64,000 nucleotides of DNA from Octopus vulgaris (Eukaryota): NCBI GenBank assembly GCA_951406725.2, contig OX597819.1:105586001-105650000 (forward strand). The letters run 5' to 3'. Of the stretch, positions 38,301 to 50,585 are shown piece after piece. Under the pieces are notes generated by a model. The model saw only the letters and a list, made by a program, of their open reading frames with translations, was not told the DNA's origin and searched no databases. Position numbers and translations under genes: made by a program. Positions within the stretch are counted from its first letter, which is position 1. Each line of letters starts with the position of its first letter.

Positions 38301-40084
38301 ATAAATATAGTTTATTTAAACTGAATGTTTATTTCCTGACTCGATTTTGTTGACAATGTGATCTGCAGGGAAGAACTGTTTTCGTCTAAAGATTGCAGAG
38401 CTGTCAAACTCGAGTTGCAAAGTGAACATTCAGTTGAAAAAATTCTGCAACATGTATTGAATTCTCATTCCTTGTTTGAGACAATTCACTGTGTACACAC
38501 ACACTCCCACATATATTGCCCACACACGTATTTGAGATAAGATGGAATGAAGAAGGATGTCTGTAGGTGTTTGAACACCTGGCAAAAATTGGTGGATATA
38601 TGTTCCTCAAGTTACGTTCTACCGTATGAGGAAATAACATTTGGAAAATGTGGTTTGGTTCTAACGACTCTAGGAGACAGACAAGATGGTCGTCAATGGA
38701 ACGTCTTTTAACATTAGAAACTAGTTCAAATATCATCAACAACAGCGCAATGTAATGGCAGCAAATTCTAATGTATCATCTATATTACTGGGGCATACCG
38801 TATACATTAATATTTTATTGTATACGTTGATAAGTTTCAAGTGACTATTAGATAGACAAATAATTTATATATGACATTTTCATATGTTGTAAATTATAGA
38901 ATAGCCAGTAACAATATTTCTAAAAAATGCACATACGCACACATACATAGACACACGCACACATATTTGCATGTGCTTGTATGTAAGTATGAATAACAGA
39001 GTGATAGACAGGTAGAGAGAAAAGGAAAGAGAGAGATTTTCTATGATAGTTTGTACAGAACTATTCTTGTACGTTAGTCAATAATGCTATTTTACTTTTC
39101 TCCGTTTCTGTCTTTGTCCACCCTCCCGCTCTCCCTTTGAGTCTGCATTTCTAATTAATTTAAAACTGCAGCCATTATCACTATCTTCAAGAAAAGAGAT
39201 AGAAAATCATGCGGGGATTATCATGTATTAGCAAAACTCCGTCTCCAGAACATTATAGAAGATTCTTCCCGAAGCAGAAGAAGCACACCAGAAAGCACTT
39301 TGTTCCGAGAGCATGACTTTATGATTTCTCTGGTCGATAGTTACATATTTCATCAATAAATATAGGCTGCACGCACACACGAACGCATGTTTCTCTCTAA
39401 CCAGGTTTGTCTAATTTGCATTACAGTGCAAGTGATGGCAACGTGATTTAAATAGTCCTAGAGTTCCTATCGCCAAGTAGTGCTTCTATTCATTTAGTAA
39501 TTCCTGCGCCAACACATACGCTAATGAAGATTAGATATAGCAGTTCAGTTATCTCCGAGACTGTGTCTATTAGAAGTCTCTGTAAGTTACTATTATCTTT
39601 GTGTTCAATATGTGAGAGATCCAGCTTTGATAAAGCCGTAATAAACGCTGTAACTCTTCTTCTCCTAGTGGGACTGATACAGCAGCTAAAACTACCACCA
39701 CTACCATGCTGCTGATACTACTCTGCCACTGCTACTATACAACACTCATCACTAATAGCCACTCCTTATTACCAATATTCCCAGTAAGGAACAAAAGAAC
39801 ATCTGCCACTACTAAAACCGTTACTATTTCTATTACGACCCTCAAGCTGTCAGAAGGTGGGCAATAACCAGTGCCATGTGAATTTTGTAAGAAAATCATG
39901 AGAATTCTAAAAACTAATGTAACGAAATATTAATATAATATATCTCAATAAGGCGGTATGCTGACAGAACCCTTAGCGGCATTTCTGCAGTGCAATTCGA
40001 TAATTTTTGGGATTTTGAATCGAATTTAGAGCCAACACTGGCTTCAAATTGCATAGAGAATCTGTAGAGATAACGTTAAAGTGA

Positions 40085-40170
<86 letters not shown>

Positions 40171-40255
40171 AATATCTATCTATCTTACATACACACACAC
40201 ACACACATACATGCATACATACATACATACATACATACATACATACATACATACA

Positions 40256-40287
<32 letters not shown>

Positions 40288-40319
40288 CACACATACATAC
40301 CAAAAACATTGCCATGAAG

Positions 40320-40900
40320 AGTAACTTCTTCCAGACACCTAGAAGGCTGCATCTTTGCTGTTCAGGAACAGGTGTTTCTAAATATTTTATCAATAAAAGT
40401 GATAAGGACGCTTTTAAGAATTCACCTCATGATACAAAATGTAAATCGATTTTGCCAGCGTAGTCGGTATCAACCACACTTTCAGCAACTGTCCAAAATT
40501 TCCCGCAAGCTACTACATTCTCATGAGACATAACATTGTTGCTAAAACTACACACAAAGCTATCCGCAAGAAAGTTTGTTCCGATGGTCATACGAAGCGC
40601 ATACCAGAACCAAAAAGTATCCTCACATTTAAAAATGAGAAAATATTAGATGACCTTTTCAATAAAAACAGTAATCAGCGCAAATATAATAAGCCTGATA
40701 TTATTTTATTGGACAGGAGGAATTGGTGTACTATCGTAGCGGTTCTGAATGTCTTCTCTGAATTGGAGAAAAGATGAGCATCTAAAGAAAACTTATGAAG
40801 AACTAACATGATCTATAACCGAGTTAGAGATTTTCATTTGGACCCGGGGTCAGTTACACATTGCTGGCATATGTCTGGAAACCAAAGGCTTAGGAAGGAT
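40320..40900 (+). pseudogene. RLE-type (R4/NeSL-like) LINE C-terminal relic
   Basis: HTFSNCPK...MRHNIVAK...NKPDIILLDRR: CCHC remnant, RH motif and PD nuclease motif. Confidence 0.6.
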
Positions 40901-41003
40901 CAGTGAAAATTTGAAGGGGTCTCAAAACCATTTTGCGTATCCATCCATCCATCCACCCATCCATCCATCCATCCATCTATCCATCCATCCATCCATCCAT
41001 CAT

Positions 41004-41132
<129 letters not shown>

Positions 41133-41252
41133 ATATATATATATATACACATATATCTATCTATATATATATATACACACATATATATATAGCTATGGAC
41201 TCCGTGTGGGCAGTCATCTAAAAGTTTTTGTTCATTATGATGCTGACATAAT

Positions 41253-41351
41253 TTCCTTGTCTTTCCTGATGAGAAGGCGGCATAATCCACCCCTTATTCC
41301 TTCGAAATTAGGAATATGCAGTCTTCGAAACATATGTCGAGAATAAAGGAA
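41253..41351 (+). ncRNA. type I hammerhead ribozyme motif
   Basis: CUUUC-CUGAUGA(41266)-GAAGGCGGCAUA...UAUGCAGUCUUC-GAAAC-AUAU-GUC(41338)-GAGAA. Confidence 0.75.
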
Positions 41352-41537
41352 TTTTGTTAAATCGTCGTTCAACTCCATTCTTTCATTTATTTGTATTAAA
41401 AAAACACACAAATTTCCACACGAAAGCACGTGATCTCTGCCCTTGGCATGTAGCTTCAACCGTGTTTTTCTGACGTGAATTTGCTACCCGGGTATCGGTT
41501 AACCGAATTATCCATACTAGGATAATTCATTCAACTA

Positions 41538-41571
<34 letters not shown>

Positions 41572-41623
41572 GTGTAGGAAGAAATGGAGCTGAACGAAGA
41601 TTTAACAAAATTCCTTTTTATTA

Positions 41624-41706
41624 TTTTCTACATGTTTCAAAAGCTGCAAAAACCCTAATTCGGATTGAATAAGGAGTCCATTATGCAGCCTTCTCTTCAG
41701 GAAAAT
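41624..41706 (-). ncRNA. type I hammerhead motif (inverted copy)
   Basis: Same as 42035-42120, but stem III reads GAAAC-AU-GUA. Confidence 0.7.
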
Positions 41707-42034
41707 CCAGGAACTTAATTCTCCAACAAAATGCACAGCAAGCTTTTCGACAAACGCTCACGAGGAGCCCATGGGATAAATGGCACAAAACTGTCTATCA
41801 ATATGCGTTCAGTCATACAGAATACATTCACACTCTTTGATTTTCCTGTACCCCCCCACTCCTGTTAACCGGATTTTGACCTTGAATTATCTCAACGGAC
41901 TTTTTCGTCGGCTTTCACCCAGCCTGGCGTCAACGCATATTGATAGACAGTTTTGTGCCATTTATCCCATGGGCTCCTCGTGAGCGTTTGTCGAAAAGCT
42001 TGCTGTGCATTTTGTTGGAGAATTAAGTTCCTGG

Positions 42035-42120
42035 ATTTTCCTGAAGAGAAGGCTGCATAATGGACCCCTTATTCAATCCGAATTAGGGTTTTTGCAGCTT
42101 TTGAAACATATGTAGAAAAT
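42035..42120 (+). ncRNA. type I hammerhead ribozyme motif
   Basis: AUUUUC-CUGAAGA(42041)-GAAGGCUGCA...UGCAGCUUUU-GAAAC-AUAU-GUA(42114)-GAAAAU. Confidence 0.8.
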
Positions 42121-42323
42121 AATAAAAAGGAATTTTGTTAAATCTTCGTTCAGCTCCATTTCTTCCTACACTAAATATATAAAACTTCAAATTTCCGCAC
42201 TAAGGCACGGGTTTGAGACCCCATGGTCGTAACCTCAACCGTGATTTTTCTGTTGTGATTTTTGCTACCCAGTATCGGTTATCATTTGAATAATCCGTAA
42301 TAAGATAATTCATTTATCTACTT

Positions 42324-42389
<66 letters not shown>

Positions 42390-42531
42390 TATTATTTTAT
42401 ATTATATCGAGGGTACTACTATTCGTAGATACCAACACGCTAAGAGTAACCAATGCGGTCAAAACTACTAAAAATAAACAAAATTTTACCGAATGCAAAA
42501 CTTCAAAACACATCATTTTAAAAAGAATTCA

Positions 42532-42595
42532 GTTACATATCACATGTGATTTCGCATTTAATGCAGAATATGCATTTCATGTTCATCAGTGCAAC
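42532..42595 (-). ncRNA. type I hammerhead motif (inverted copy)
   Basis: Reverse complement of 43116-43179. Confidence 0.7.
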
Positions 42596-43115
42596 AAACT
42601 CAAGAAATATAATGAGAAAACATAACATTACAAGCTCGATAGCCAACCGTAGAATTCGTCGTAGCATGTACGAATGTTTATCTTTACATACCAATACCAA
42701 CATGTGTTTTGAAGTTTTGCATTCGGTAAAATTTTGTTTATTTTTAGTAGTTTTGACCGCATTGGTCCCTCTTGGCGTGTTGGTATCTACGAATAGTAGT
42801 ACCCTCAATAGAATATAAATGAATATTTTCAAAGAGGAAGAATTTACGGATTTTTTCTCTTACGAGGTTTTTCACGCTGACTACTGATAATTTCTTTTAA
42901 AGATTTTATCCACAATTGTTAATTTATATTTTTCACCGGAATAGTTCAATACTGAATTTTTATTCCGACTAGACAATTTGTAACCGAAATGCATTGCGAA
43001 TAAGCCCACCATTTTCATAGATATGTAAAGATAAACATTCGTACATGCTACGACGAATTCTACGGTTGGCTATCGAGCTTGTAATGTTATGTTTTCTCTT
43101 ATATTTCTTGAGTTT

Positions 43116-43179
43116 GTTGCACTGATGAACATGAAATGCATATTCTGCATTAAATGCGAAATCACATGTGATATGTAAC
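43116..43179 (+). ncRNA. type I hammerhead ribozyme motif
   Basis: GUUGCA-CUGAUGA(43122)-ACAU..AUGCA/UGCAU..AUGC-GAAA-UCACAUGUGA-UA-UGUAAC. Confidence 0.75.
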
Positions 43180-43415
43180 TGAATTCTTTTTTTAAATGAT
43201 GTGTTTTGAAGTTTTGCATTCGGTAAAATTTTGTTTATTTTTAGTAGTTTTGACCGCATTGGTCCCTCTTAGCGTGTTGGTATCTACGAATAGTAGTACC
43301 CTCAATATAATATAAATGAATATTTTCAAAGAGGAAGAATTTACGGATTTTTTCTCTTACGAGGTTTTTCACGCTGACTACTGATAATTTCTTTTAAAGA
43401 TTTTATCCTCAATTG

Positions 43416-43473
<58 letters not shown>

Positions 43474-43496
43474 TACATATATATATGTATATATAT

Positions 43497-43643
43497 TACT
43501 CTTTTACTCTTTTACTTGTTTCAGTCATGTGACTGTGGCCATGCTGGAGCACCGCCTTTAGTCGAGCAAATCGACCCCAGTTGCCATGTGGTTGGAACCA
43601 TGTGGCTGGTAAGCAAGCTACGTACCACGCGGCCACTCCTACG

Positions 43644-43646
<3 letters not shown>
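43497..43646 (-). mobile_element. internally deleted SINE family A
   Basis: Head joined directly to tail; a similar deletion derivative lies at 62047-62212. Confidence 0.65.
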
Positions 43647-43715
<69 letters not shown>

Positions 43716-45104
43716 TTTATGTATGTATGTATGAATGTAGGTATGTATGCATGTATATATTTATGTATGTATGCATGCATACATATATCTCACGAAGTGT
43801 AGCTGGCCCAAACTTGGATGTCACTATCACCCCTCTTCTTGTAAAAGTTCAATAAGTCAGCAAAATATATTTGTATACATTCATATATTATAAGTATATT
43901 TGAATATATAATTTATACTATACATGCATACACGCATACGTACACTCACACACGTATATGTATGCACTTGTGTTTGTGTGCTTACATGTGTGTGCGTGCG
44001 TGTGCATGCATGTGTGTATATGTGTGTGTTTGTATGTTACAAAACAAACAATCGCACTTATAAAGGAAATAACGGCCAAAATTGATCTGTAAATAACAAA
44101 TATTTTTACGATTCCCTCGCAGTAATCCAAAGGTTTTATCCTTACGGATTAAAAAACAAGCATTTCTCTATGTTCACCTTATTTAATCTAGGTACATATT
44201 TGATTTATATTTTATACATTAGAATGTCTTGCAAATCCAATGTTTCCCAAGGATAATGGATAAATATTACCTTCTAAGTTCTTTTTCTTCTTATATAGGA
44301 CAACTGATCGAACAATGGGGATTCTACGCATCCTGACACGCTTCAAATAGCAGCCAAATTTCTAGGAATTGTCGCTTGTTAATAAGATTATAACTTTTCA
44401 AACTATTGCTCTGGTAAATAGAATTGAAAACGAACACTTTAGTAAGATATTTAAGTATAGAAGTTCGATAATGTTAGATTTATTAATGTTTGCTTGTTGT
44501 CCTTCACAATAAAATTTGCTGAGAGGCAGATATATGGAGACAGAAAAAAAAAAGTACGTGGAATTGCTTTGTTTTTGTTTTTGAAAGTGATTCTTCAGAA
44601 TTTCAATGAACAATGGACAATATTTTCCGAAGATAAAACTATTGGACAGATGTGATAAAATCTTGGAGAAGCGTTTGGCGACTGGTAAACAATTGTTATT
44701 CATTTGAAAATTATCCATATCGTCTCTATCTTTTTCTATGATTTGTTGTTGTTGTTGCTGTTGTTGTTGTTATTGTTGTGGATGCTTAGCCCCAGGTCAG
44801 CACTAACTCAACAGATATATTTTAAAAAGTGTCCCAGCTGTGACTATCCTGTCTTTTATTCAAATATAGTGTATTCAGACCTATATTATTCAATGTGGCT
44901 TTGTTTTGTCGTTTATGATTTATCCCAGCTCATCAATCATCACAAGTGTTCCAGACATGACCATACCGTATATAGGGGCTACTAAAATCACATTATTGAA
45001 TGCACATCATTTATATATGCTAGATTTGGATTTTGCTACTTGGGATATGATAAAAATCATTCCATGCGCGACTAAGTCTTCGTGTGGTATTAAGACATTA
45101 CTAC

Positions 45105-45450
45105 AGCACTCCATCGGTTACGACGACGAGGGTTCCAGTTGATCCAATCAACGGAACAGCCTGTTCGTGAAATTAACGTGCATGTGGCTGAGTACTCCAC
45201 AGACACGTGTACCCTTAACGTAGTTCTCGGGGAGATTCCGCGTGACAGAGAGTGTGACAAGGCTGGCCCTTTGAAATACAGGTACAGCAGAAACAGGAAG
45301 AAAAAGTAAGAGAAAGTTGTGGTGAAAGAGTACAGCAGGATCCGCCACCATCGCCTGCCGGAGCCTCGTGGAGCTTTAAGTGTTTTCGCTCAGTAAACAC
45401 TCACAACGCTTCGTCTGGGAATCGAAACTGCGATTCCACTGCCCTAACCA
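45105..45450 (-). mobile_element. SINE with family C head and family D body
   Basis: 45290-45450 matches the 1.4/3.6 kb head; 45105-45285 matches the 38.0 kb body. Confidence 0.6.
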
Positions 45451-45807
45451 CATTCATACATAGTGTAAATAGGACTACATTATCTGTGTCCTTTTATTTT
45501 TACGGTTGTAGGATGTGATTTGAGAGCATTTGACTGCTATTTCTGGCAAGTTAGACGATCATGCGGAAGATAGTATCATAATACAAGTTGGTATGAGTGA
45601 CTATGGTTGTTGTTGGTCTAGGTCCGTCCTGGTCGTGCAGAACTATGACCGAATCTGTTGAAGCTGTCACAATCACATTCATTTCGTTTAGGCATAATTT
45701 ATCAAGTACTATATTATCTAATATGTCATCTCACGCGGTTTATTAATCATAAGTTAGTAATGACCACACAGTGCAAACACACAGACACACACACAGACAT
45801 ACACACA

Positions 45808-45867
<60 letters not shown>

Positions 45868-46039
45868 TACACACAAACACACACCCACACACTTACATAC
45901 ACGCGCGGACACAGGAGCAGGGTACGTGGGATATCTGAACATGATTAATTATCAATATATTACTTTCCCCAAATCATTTAAGAAGTTTTCAATTGTTTTT
46001 TTCGGATCCTCTATGGGAGATAAAATGCTAACACAAGAA

Positions 46040-46931
46040 ATGAAGAAGCACGAAGTCATTTTTATCACATGCGAAGAATACAGCGACTTAGAAATTGTTG
46101 AATTTCTAAATTTGCATGTTCGAATGGAACTGGAAGCCTCTGGCGGGAATGTTTCAACTGCAACAAAGGAAAACATTCTAAATGTTCTGGTACTATAAGG
46201 AGACTGAAATTCATCCAATGGGTTCAAAACATCAATGAGATCCCGAGAAATAAAAATCAATGGGCGTCATTGCCAAAATGACTTCAGATCTAAGAGCAAG
46301 CTATCAGAACTGTGGTGCACAAAAGAATTCACAAGTGGTAGCTATTGAGAGGAAGGCAATTCATGTCTGCAAAGACACAGGGAAAAAAAAGACCTGTGCT
46401 TTGTTACTTAACAAGATTGAAGACCCTCATGAACATGGCATGCTCTAGTTCTTCCCTGATGAGAAAAATTTCGACCAAAACCAAAAGTTTAACAGAAGTA
46501 ACAAATGGTTATATGCTGATCCTTCTCATCTCCCTAAAAAGATGCATACTAAATTTCCAGCTATTGTAATGGCTTTGAGGTGCTGGAGATAGATGAATGA
46601 AGTACATAGCGGAAGGCCATACATGTTTCAGCAAGACTCAGCATTCTTTCACAAAGCTCACATAACTCAAGAATGGATATCAAACAACCTTTACGATCAT
46701 ATAACGTCCAGCTTGTGGCCTCCAAACCCACTAGATTTAAAACTCGTGGTGTACTACATTTAGAGCATTGTTGAAAGAAATAATAATCGCATCCTCACAA
46801 TAGTAGCTTCGCTGAAGGCAGACTATCCAGATGATGTCCTAAATGAATAAGGACCATTTACTACAGACATGTCAACGATACCAGTCCCACATTGAAACAA
46901 TTATCGAAGATGAAAGCAGATTCATAGAATA
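46040..46931 (+). pseudogene. DD37D (maT-like) transposase relic
   Basis: FFPDEKNFDQ, FQQDSAFFHKA...QEWI, LWPPNPLDL; many stops. Confidence 0.7.
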
Positions 46932-48832
46932 ATCCTGGAAGAAGGCTTAGTGAGAACACGTGCACACATTTTTTTATTAAAATACATTAATTTTCTTTTT
47001 CTAAATTAACCCTTTAGTATTAAAACCTGCCATATCGGGCTCAAATATTCTACCTGTTTCATGTTCAAACTGACTGGATCAGGTCTTTCACATCTATCCT
47101 GCAGCATCATTCTAAAACTAAACAATCACATCAGTAAGACTTCAAAGCTACATGATAATGTATGATAAATTCAAAGCAATGTGAATAAATAAGCATTGCA
47201 TTTGGCAGAGTAATGTGAATGATAAACAAAATGTTTAGAAGCATTTGTTCAAGTTCAAATCCCATCGAGATTAACTTTGTCTTTAATCCCTTCAGAGTCG
47301 ATACAATAATGTAGATGCCAAGTAATGGAGTCGATGTATCCGATTTGTTTCCTATCTCAAAATTGCTGGCCTTGAAGCCGGCAACGTAGCAGCGTCCCGT
47401 TCAGGGGAATGTTGCTATCTCAGTCACATACTCCTTGGAATCGGAGTAACTGGTCTTATGGGTCCTTAGGGTTCAAGAAAACTAAAAAAAAGTTAAAGGT
47501 GAAAGGGTAGTAGCTAGACCCTTGACATTGAATTATAAGGGGACGTGCAGTGAAATTGAACACAGGACTATGTTATTGCGAAATAAACTTTTTGATCACA
47601 CGTTAATTATTTTAAAAGTAGTAGTGTTATAGCTCTTGAAAGTATTCTCCACAATTTTTTCGATGTTGAAGACAGCCGTAAACTGATTAAACAAGGAAAT
47701 GAATAATTTATGATCCAACGGACATTTTAATTCAGTATCACTTCAAACGCTTTTAAACCAATATTTCATGAAAATGCTTCCAAGGCCACGAGTCAGCAAT
47801 AATAACATTTCTAAGAAAGATTTCATAAGCCAAATTCTCACTCAGCTGGTAGTCTACCGTCTTAACAATGTGAAAATTGACACATCTGATAATATAGTAT
47901 TAAAACTGAATTAATGAAAGTGACACTATGAAGTCGTTCCATCTGTAAAAAACAGAAACTGAATTTTCGTTCAGATCACGATCTGTTGTGTTAAAAATAG
48001 GAAGGACACATTTTATAATGTCCGAGATATACTACGTCCAAATTATAGACTGGATGACGATGGGTAAAAATCTTTGATTATAGCTTAACTGAATCAGGAC
48101 TGAACTAGAATAAAGCAACACCGACAATGGCGGCGACGACGACAATTATAAGCAGCAACAATAACAAGACCAACAACAACAGCAACAATGACGAGAACTA
48201 CAAAAAAAAAAACAAAACAAAAAAACAACAGCAGGCAAATGAAGAAATTCCAAGCCTGTCCAGAATAAAGGGAGCTTTTATTTAGTCGAAATCCTTGTCG
48301 GATATCATCAAGATTATTAAAATTGATAAAATTTTTAATGTTTCTCCAACATGCTTGACACCGCTCTAAGTAAATTTGTGAAAATGATGCTATTCTTGTT
48401 TAACCTCAGGTCAGTCCTGACGGTGCTGATCTATAACCAAAAAGGTTCCAGCCATGACAATTCTGTCTTCTATTCAGACATAATGTATCAAGGACCACAT
48501 CATCTGTGTGGTTCTTTCGCATTGCTTTTCATCATACGTACACTCAGGTTAGTTCTGACTGAATATACATATAATCAAGGGAATTAAACTATCATTAATA
48601 CATTTTATGCTTAGATACTATATCTACGACTACATTATCTATTTCGTTCTTCTCTTGTCCAGATAGTAGGATATAATATATGAGAGATTTCGCTTCTATA
48701 TTTAGCAAATTCAATGACCACATAGACTCCCATTTGTTGACTAATGTTTGTCAAAATGTAAGAACAAAAGAAAGAAGAATTATTCTCAGGTAAGATACTT
48801 GGTACAAAGATTTGTAACAGATTGGCTCCCTG

Positions 48833-50585
48833 TTAGTTAGTTAGTTAGTTAGTTAATTTGGCTCATAAGCAAATAGCAAGGCCATGTAGGGGGACATGGA
48901 GTTAAGTACAGGGTGGTATTCAGGTAAAGAGTTCAGGCCACTTGAGGTCCAGGGAGGCTTTGAACAAAGCGGTCGTCGGCATCTTCACTATCTCGTCTGG
49001 CAGCTTGTTCCACGGATCCGCAACCCGGACGGAGAAAGCTCCTCTCCTTCGATTGAGATGAAATCGTCGCAGGTAGAGCTTTTCGGAATGACCCCGCAGC
49101 CGACGCTCTGGAGCAGGAGTGAAGAACAGCTCTTTCGAGAGGTTACACTTTCCGCTTATGATGTTGTGGGCGAGAATGAGATCACCACGGCGGCGGCGTT
49201 TTTCAAGAGAATAAAGGTCGAGCGTCCTCAGCCTTTCTTCGTAGGACAAATTTTTGAGACCGTGAACCATGCGGGTAGCCAGCTTCTGGACTCTTTCGAG
49301 ATGCTGTATGTCTTTGAGGAGATAAGGAGAAGAGGCTTGAATCCCATACTCCAATATGGGTCTCACCAGCGTGACATAGAGTGGTAGGAATATGGCTGCT
49401 GTGAGCATTCCGAATGACCGTCGAATCAAGAACAGAATTCCGCGTGCTTTGTTGGCAGCATGGACGCACTGGGCCGAAGGCGAAAAGGAGGAATTCACCA
49501 AGATACCCAGGTCCTTTACCTGATCGGTCCTCTCCAGCAGCAGACGACCCGGCTCGAAATCAAGTTGAGTTGCAGGAGTAGAGCCGACAGGCAGATGACA
49601 GCACTTTGACACGTTCAGACACAGGTCCCAATCGTTAGACCACTTCCAAATTTGGTGGAGGCATCGACGAAGATCCTCTATATTACCGCGAGGAGCGACC
49701 AGTTTGATATCGTCGGCAAATAGAAGGGTGTGTTGCGTGAGGTCGTCGGGCAAGTCATTTATGAAGACTAAGGACAACAAGGGCCCAAGCACTGAACCTT
49801 GAGGCACGCCACTGCTCGCACTGGAGACGTCGGACCGCGAACCATTAACTTGGACTTGGAAGGAGCGATCTGAGAGGAAGGCACCAACCCATCGTACAAT
49901 ATCCGGATGGAAACTATATGCTTGAAGCTTGGCAAGTAGTAGGCGGTGGTTTACCGAGTCAAAAGCTTTGGCAAAGTCCAGTAAAACGATGTCAACAGCA
50001 TCACTATCATCGAGGATGCGCGTCACCAATTCTTCCATTCCTAGTAAGTTGGTCAAGCATGATCTCTTCGGCACGAAGCCGTGTTGGGAATCAGAGATAG
50101 AGGCTGTGTTTAGGAGGTGGAGCATCATACTTTTCTTAAGGATGGTTTCGAACATCTTGCTGATTATTGATGTAAGGGAAACCGGTCGGTAGTTAAGCGG
50201 GTCTTCGCGGCTCCCTTTCTTGAAAATTGGGCAGATTATCGCTGTTCTCCAGTCTGCAGGTATAACACCCGTCGCCAATGACATATTGAATAGTCGTGTT
50301 AAGGGCTCGCAGATGACCGGAGCCAACGCTTTGATAACCCGTGGGTGTATGCCGTCAGGGCCGTGACCCTTGTTGACATCGAGGCCTTGAATAACACGTT
50401 TGATTTCGTCCCGCGTGATGACCAATCGAAGCATTGGAGGTACCGATCTATCAAATGGAGGGGGTTCACGATCATCATCTTGTTTGAAAATAGTTGAAAA
50501 AGCCTCGGCAAATAATTGACTCTGTTGATAAGGGTCCTCTGTTAAAGCACCAACGGGCGATGAGACTAAAGGAATGATGACTGAA
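48833..50585 (-). mobile_element. 5'-truncated CR1-clade LINE with (TAAC)n tail
   Basis: RT ORF followed by a short 3' UTR and (GTTA)n at 48833-48855 on the plus strand. Confidence 0.88.
48920..50575 (-). CDS. CR1-type ORF2 reverse transcriptase (endonuclease lost by truncation)
   Basis: PIFKKG..NYRPVSLTS, QHGF, LDFAKAFDSVNH, GVPQGSVLGP, LFADD, LRGH; uninterrupted. Confidence 0.92.
   Translation of the reverse strand: MPLVSSPVGALTEDPYQQSQLFAEAFSTIFKQDDDREPPPFDRSVPPMLRLVITRDEIKRVIQGLDVNKGHGPDGIHPRVIKALAPVICEPLTRLFNMSLATGVIPADWRTAIICPIFKKGSREDPLNYRPVSLTSIISKMFETILKKSMMLHLLNTASISDSQHGFVPKRSCLTNLLGMEELVTRILDDSDAVDIVLLDFAKAFDSVNHRLLLAKLQAYSFHPDIVRWVGAFLSDRSFQVQVNGSRSDVSSASSGVPQGSVLGPLLSLVFINDLPDDLTQHTLLFADDIKLVAPRGNIEDLRRCLHQIWKWSNDWDLCLNVSKCCHLPVGSTPATQLDFEPGRLLLERTDQVKDLGILVNSSFSPSAQCVHAANKARGILFLIRRSFGMLTAAIFLPLYVTLVRPILEYGIQASSPYLLKDIQHLERVQKLATRMVHGLKNLSYEERLRTLDLYSLEKRRRRGDLILAHNIISGKCNLSKELFFTPAPERRLRGHSEKLYLRRFHLNRRRGAFSVRVADPWNKLPDEIVKMPTTALFKASLDLKWPELFT

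Larger units (their letters stand above)
41562..42325 (+). mobile_element. hammerhead-bearing PLE-type element with ~250-bp inverted 5' copy
   Basis: 41562-41809 is the reverse complement of 41932-42180; flanked by (TA)n; diverged sibling at 41190-41541. Confidence 0.8.
42397..43420 (+). mobile_element. non-coding hammerhead element: inverted copy + partial tandem, 497-bp period
   Basis: 42397-42690 is the reverse complement of ~43022-43316; 42702-42923 is a direct copy of 43199-43420; (TA)n flanks. Confidence 0.8.

Noticed and set aside
39200-39715. Possible host exon(s) in a unique, moderately GC-rich stretch
   Set aside because: No recognisable domain or convincing splice-bounded frame without RNA evidence
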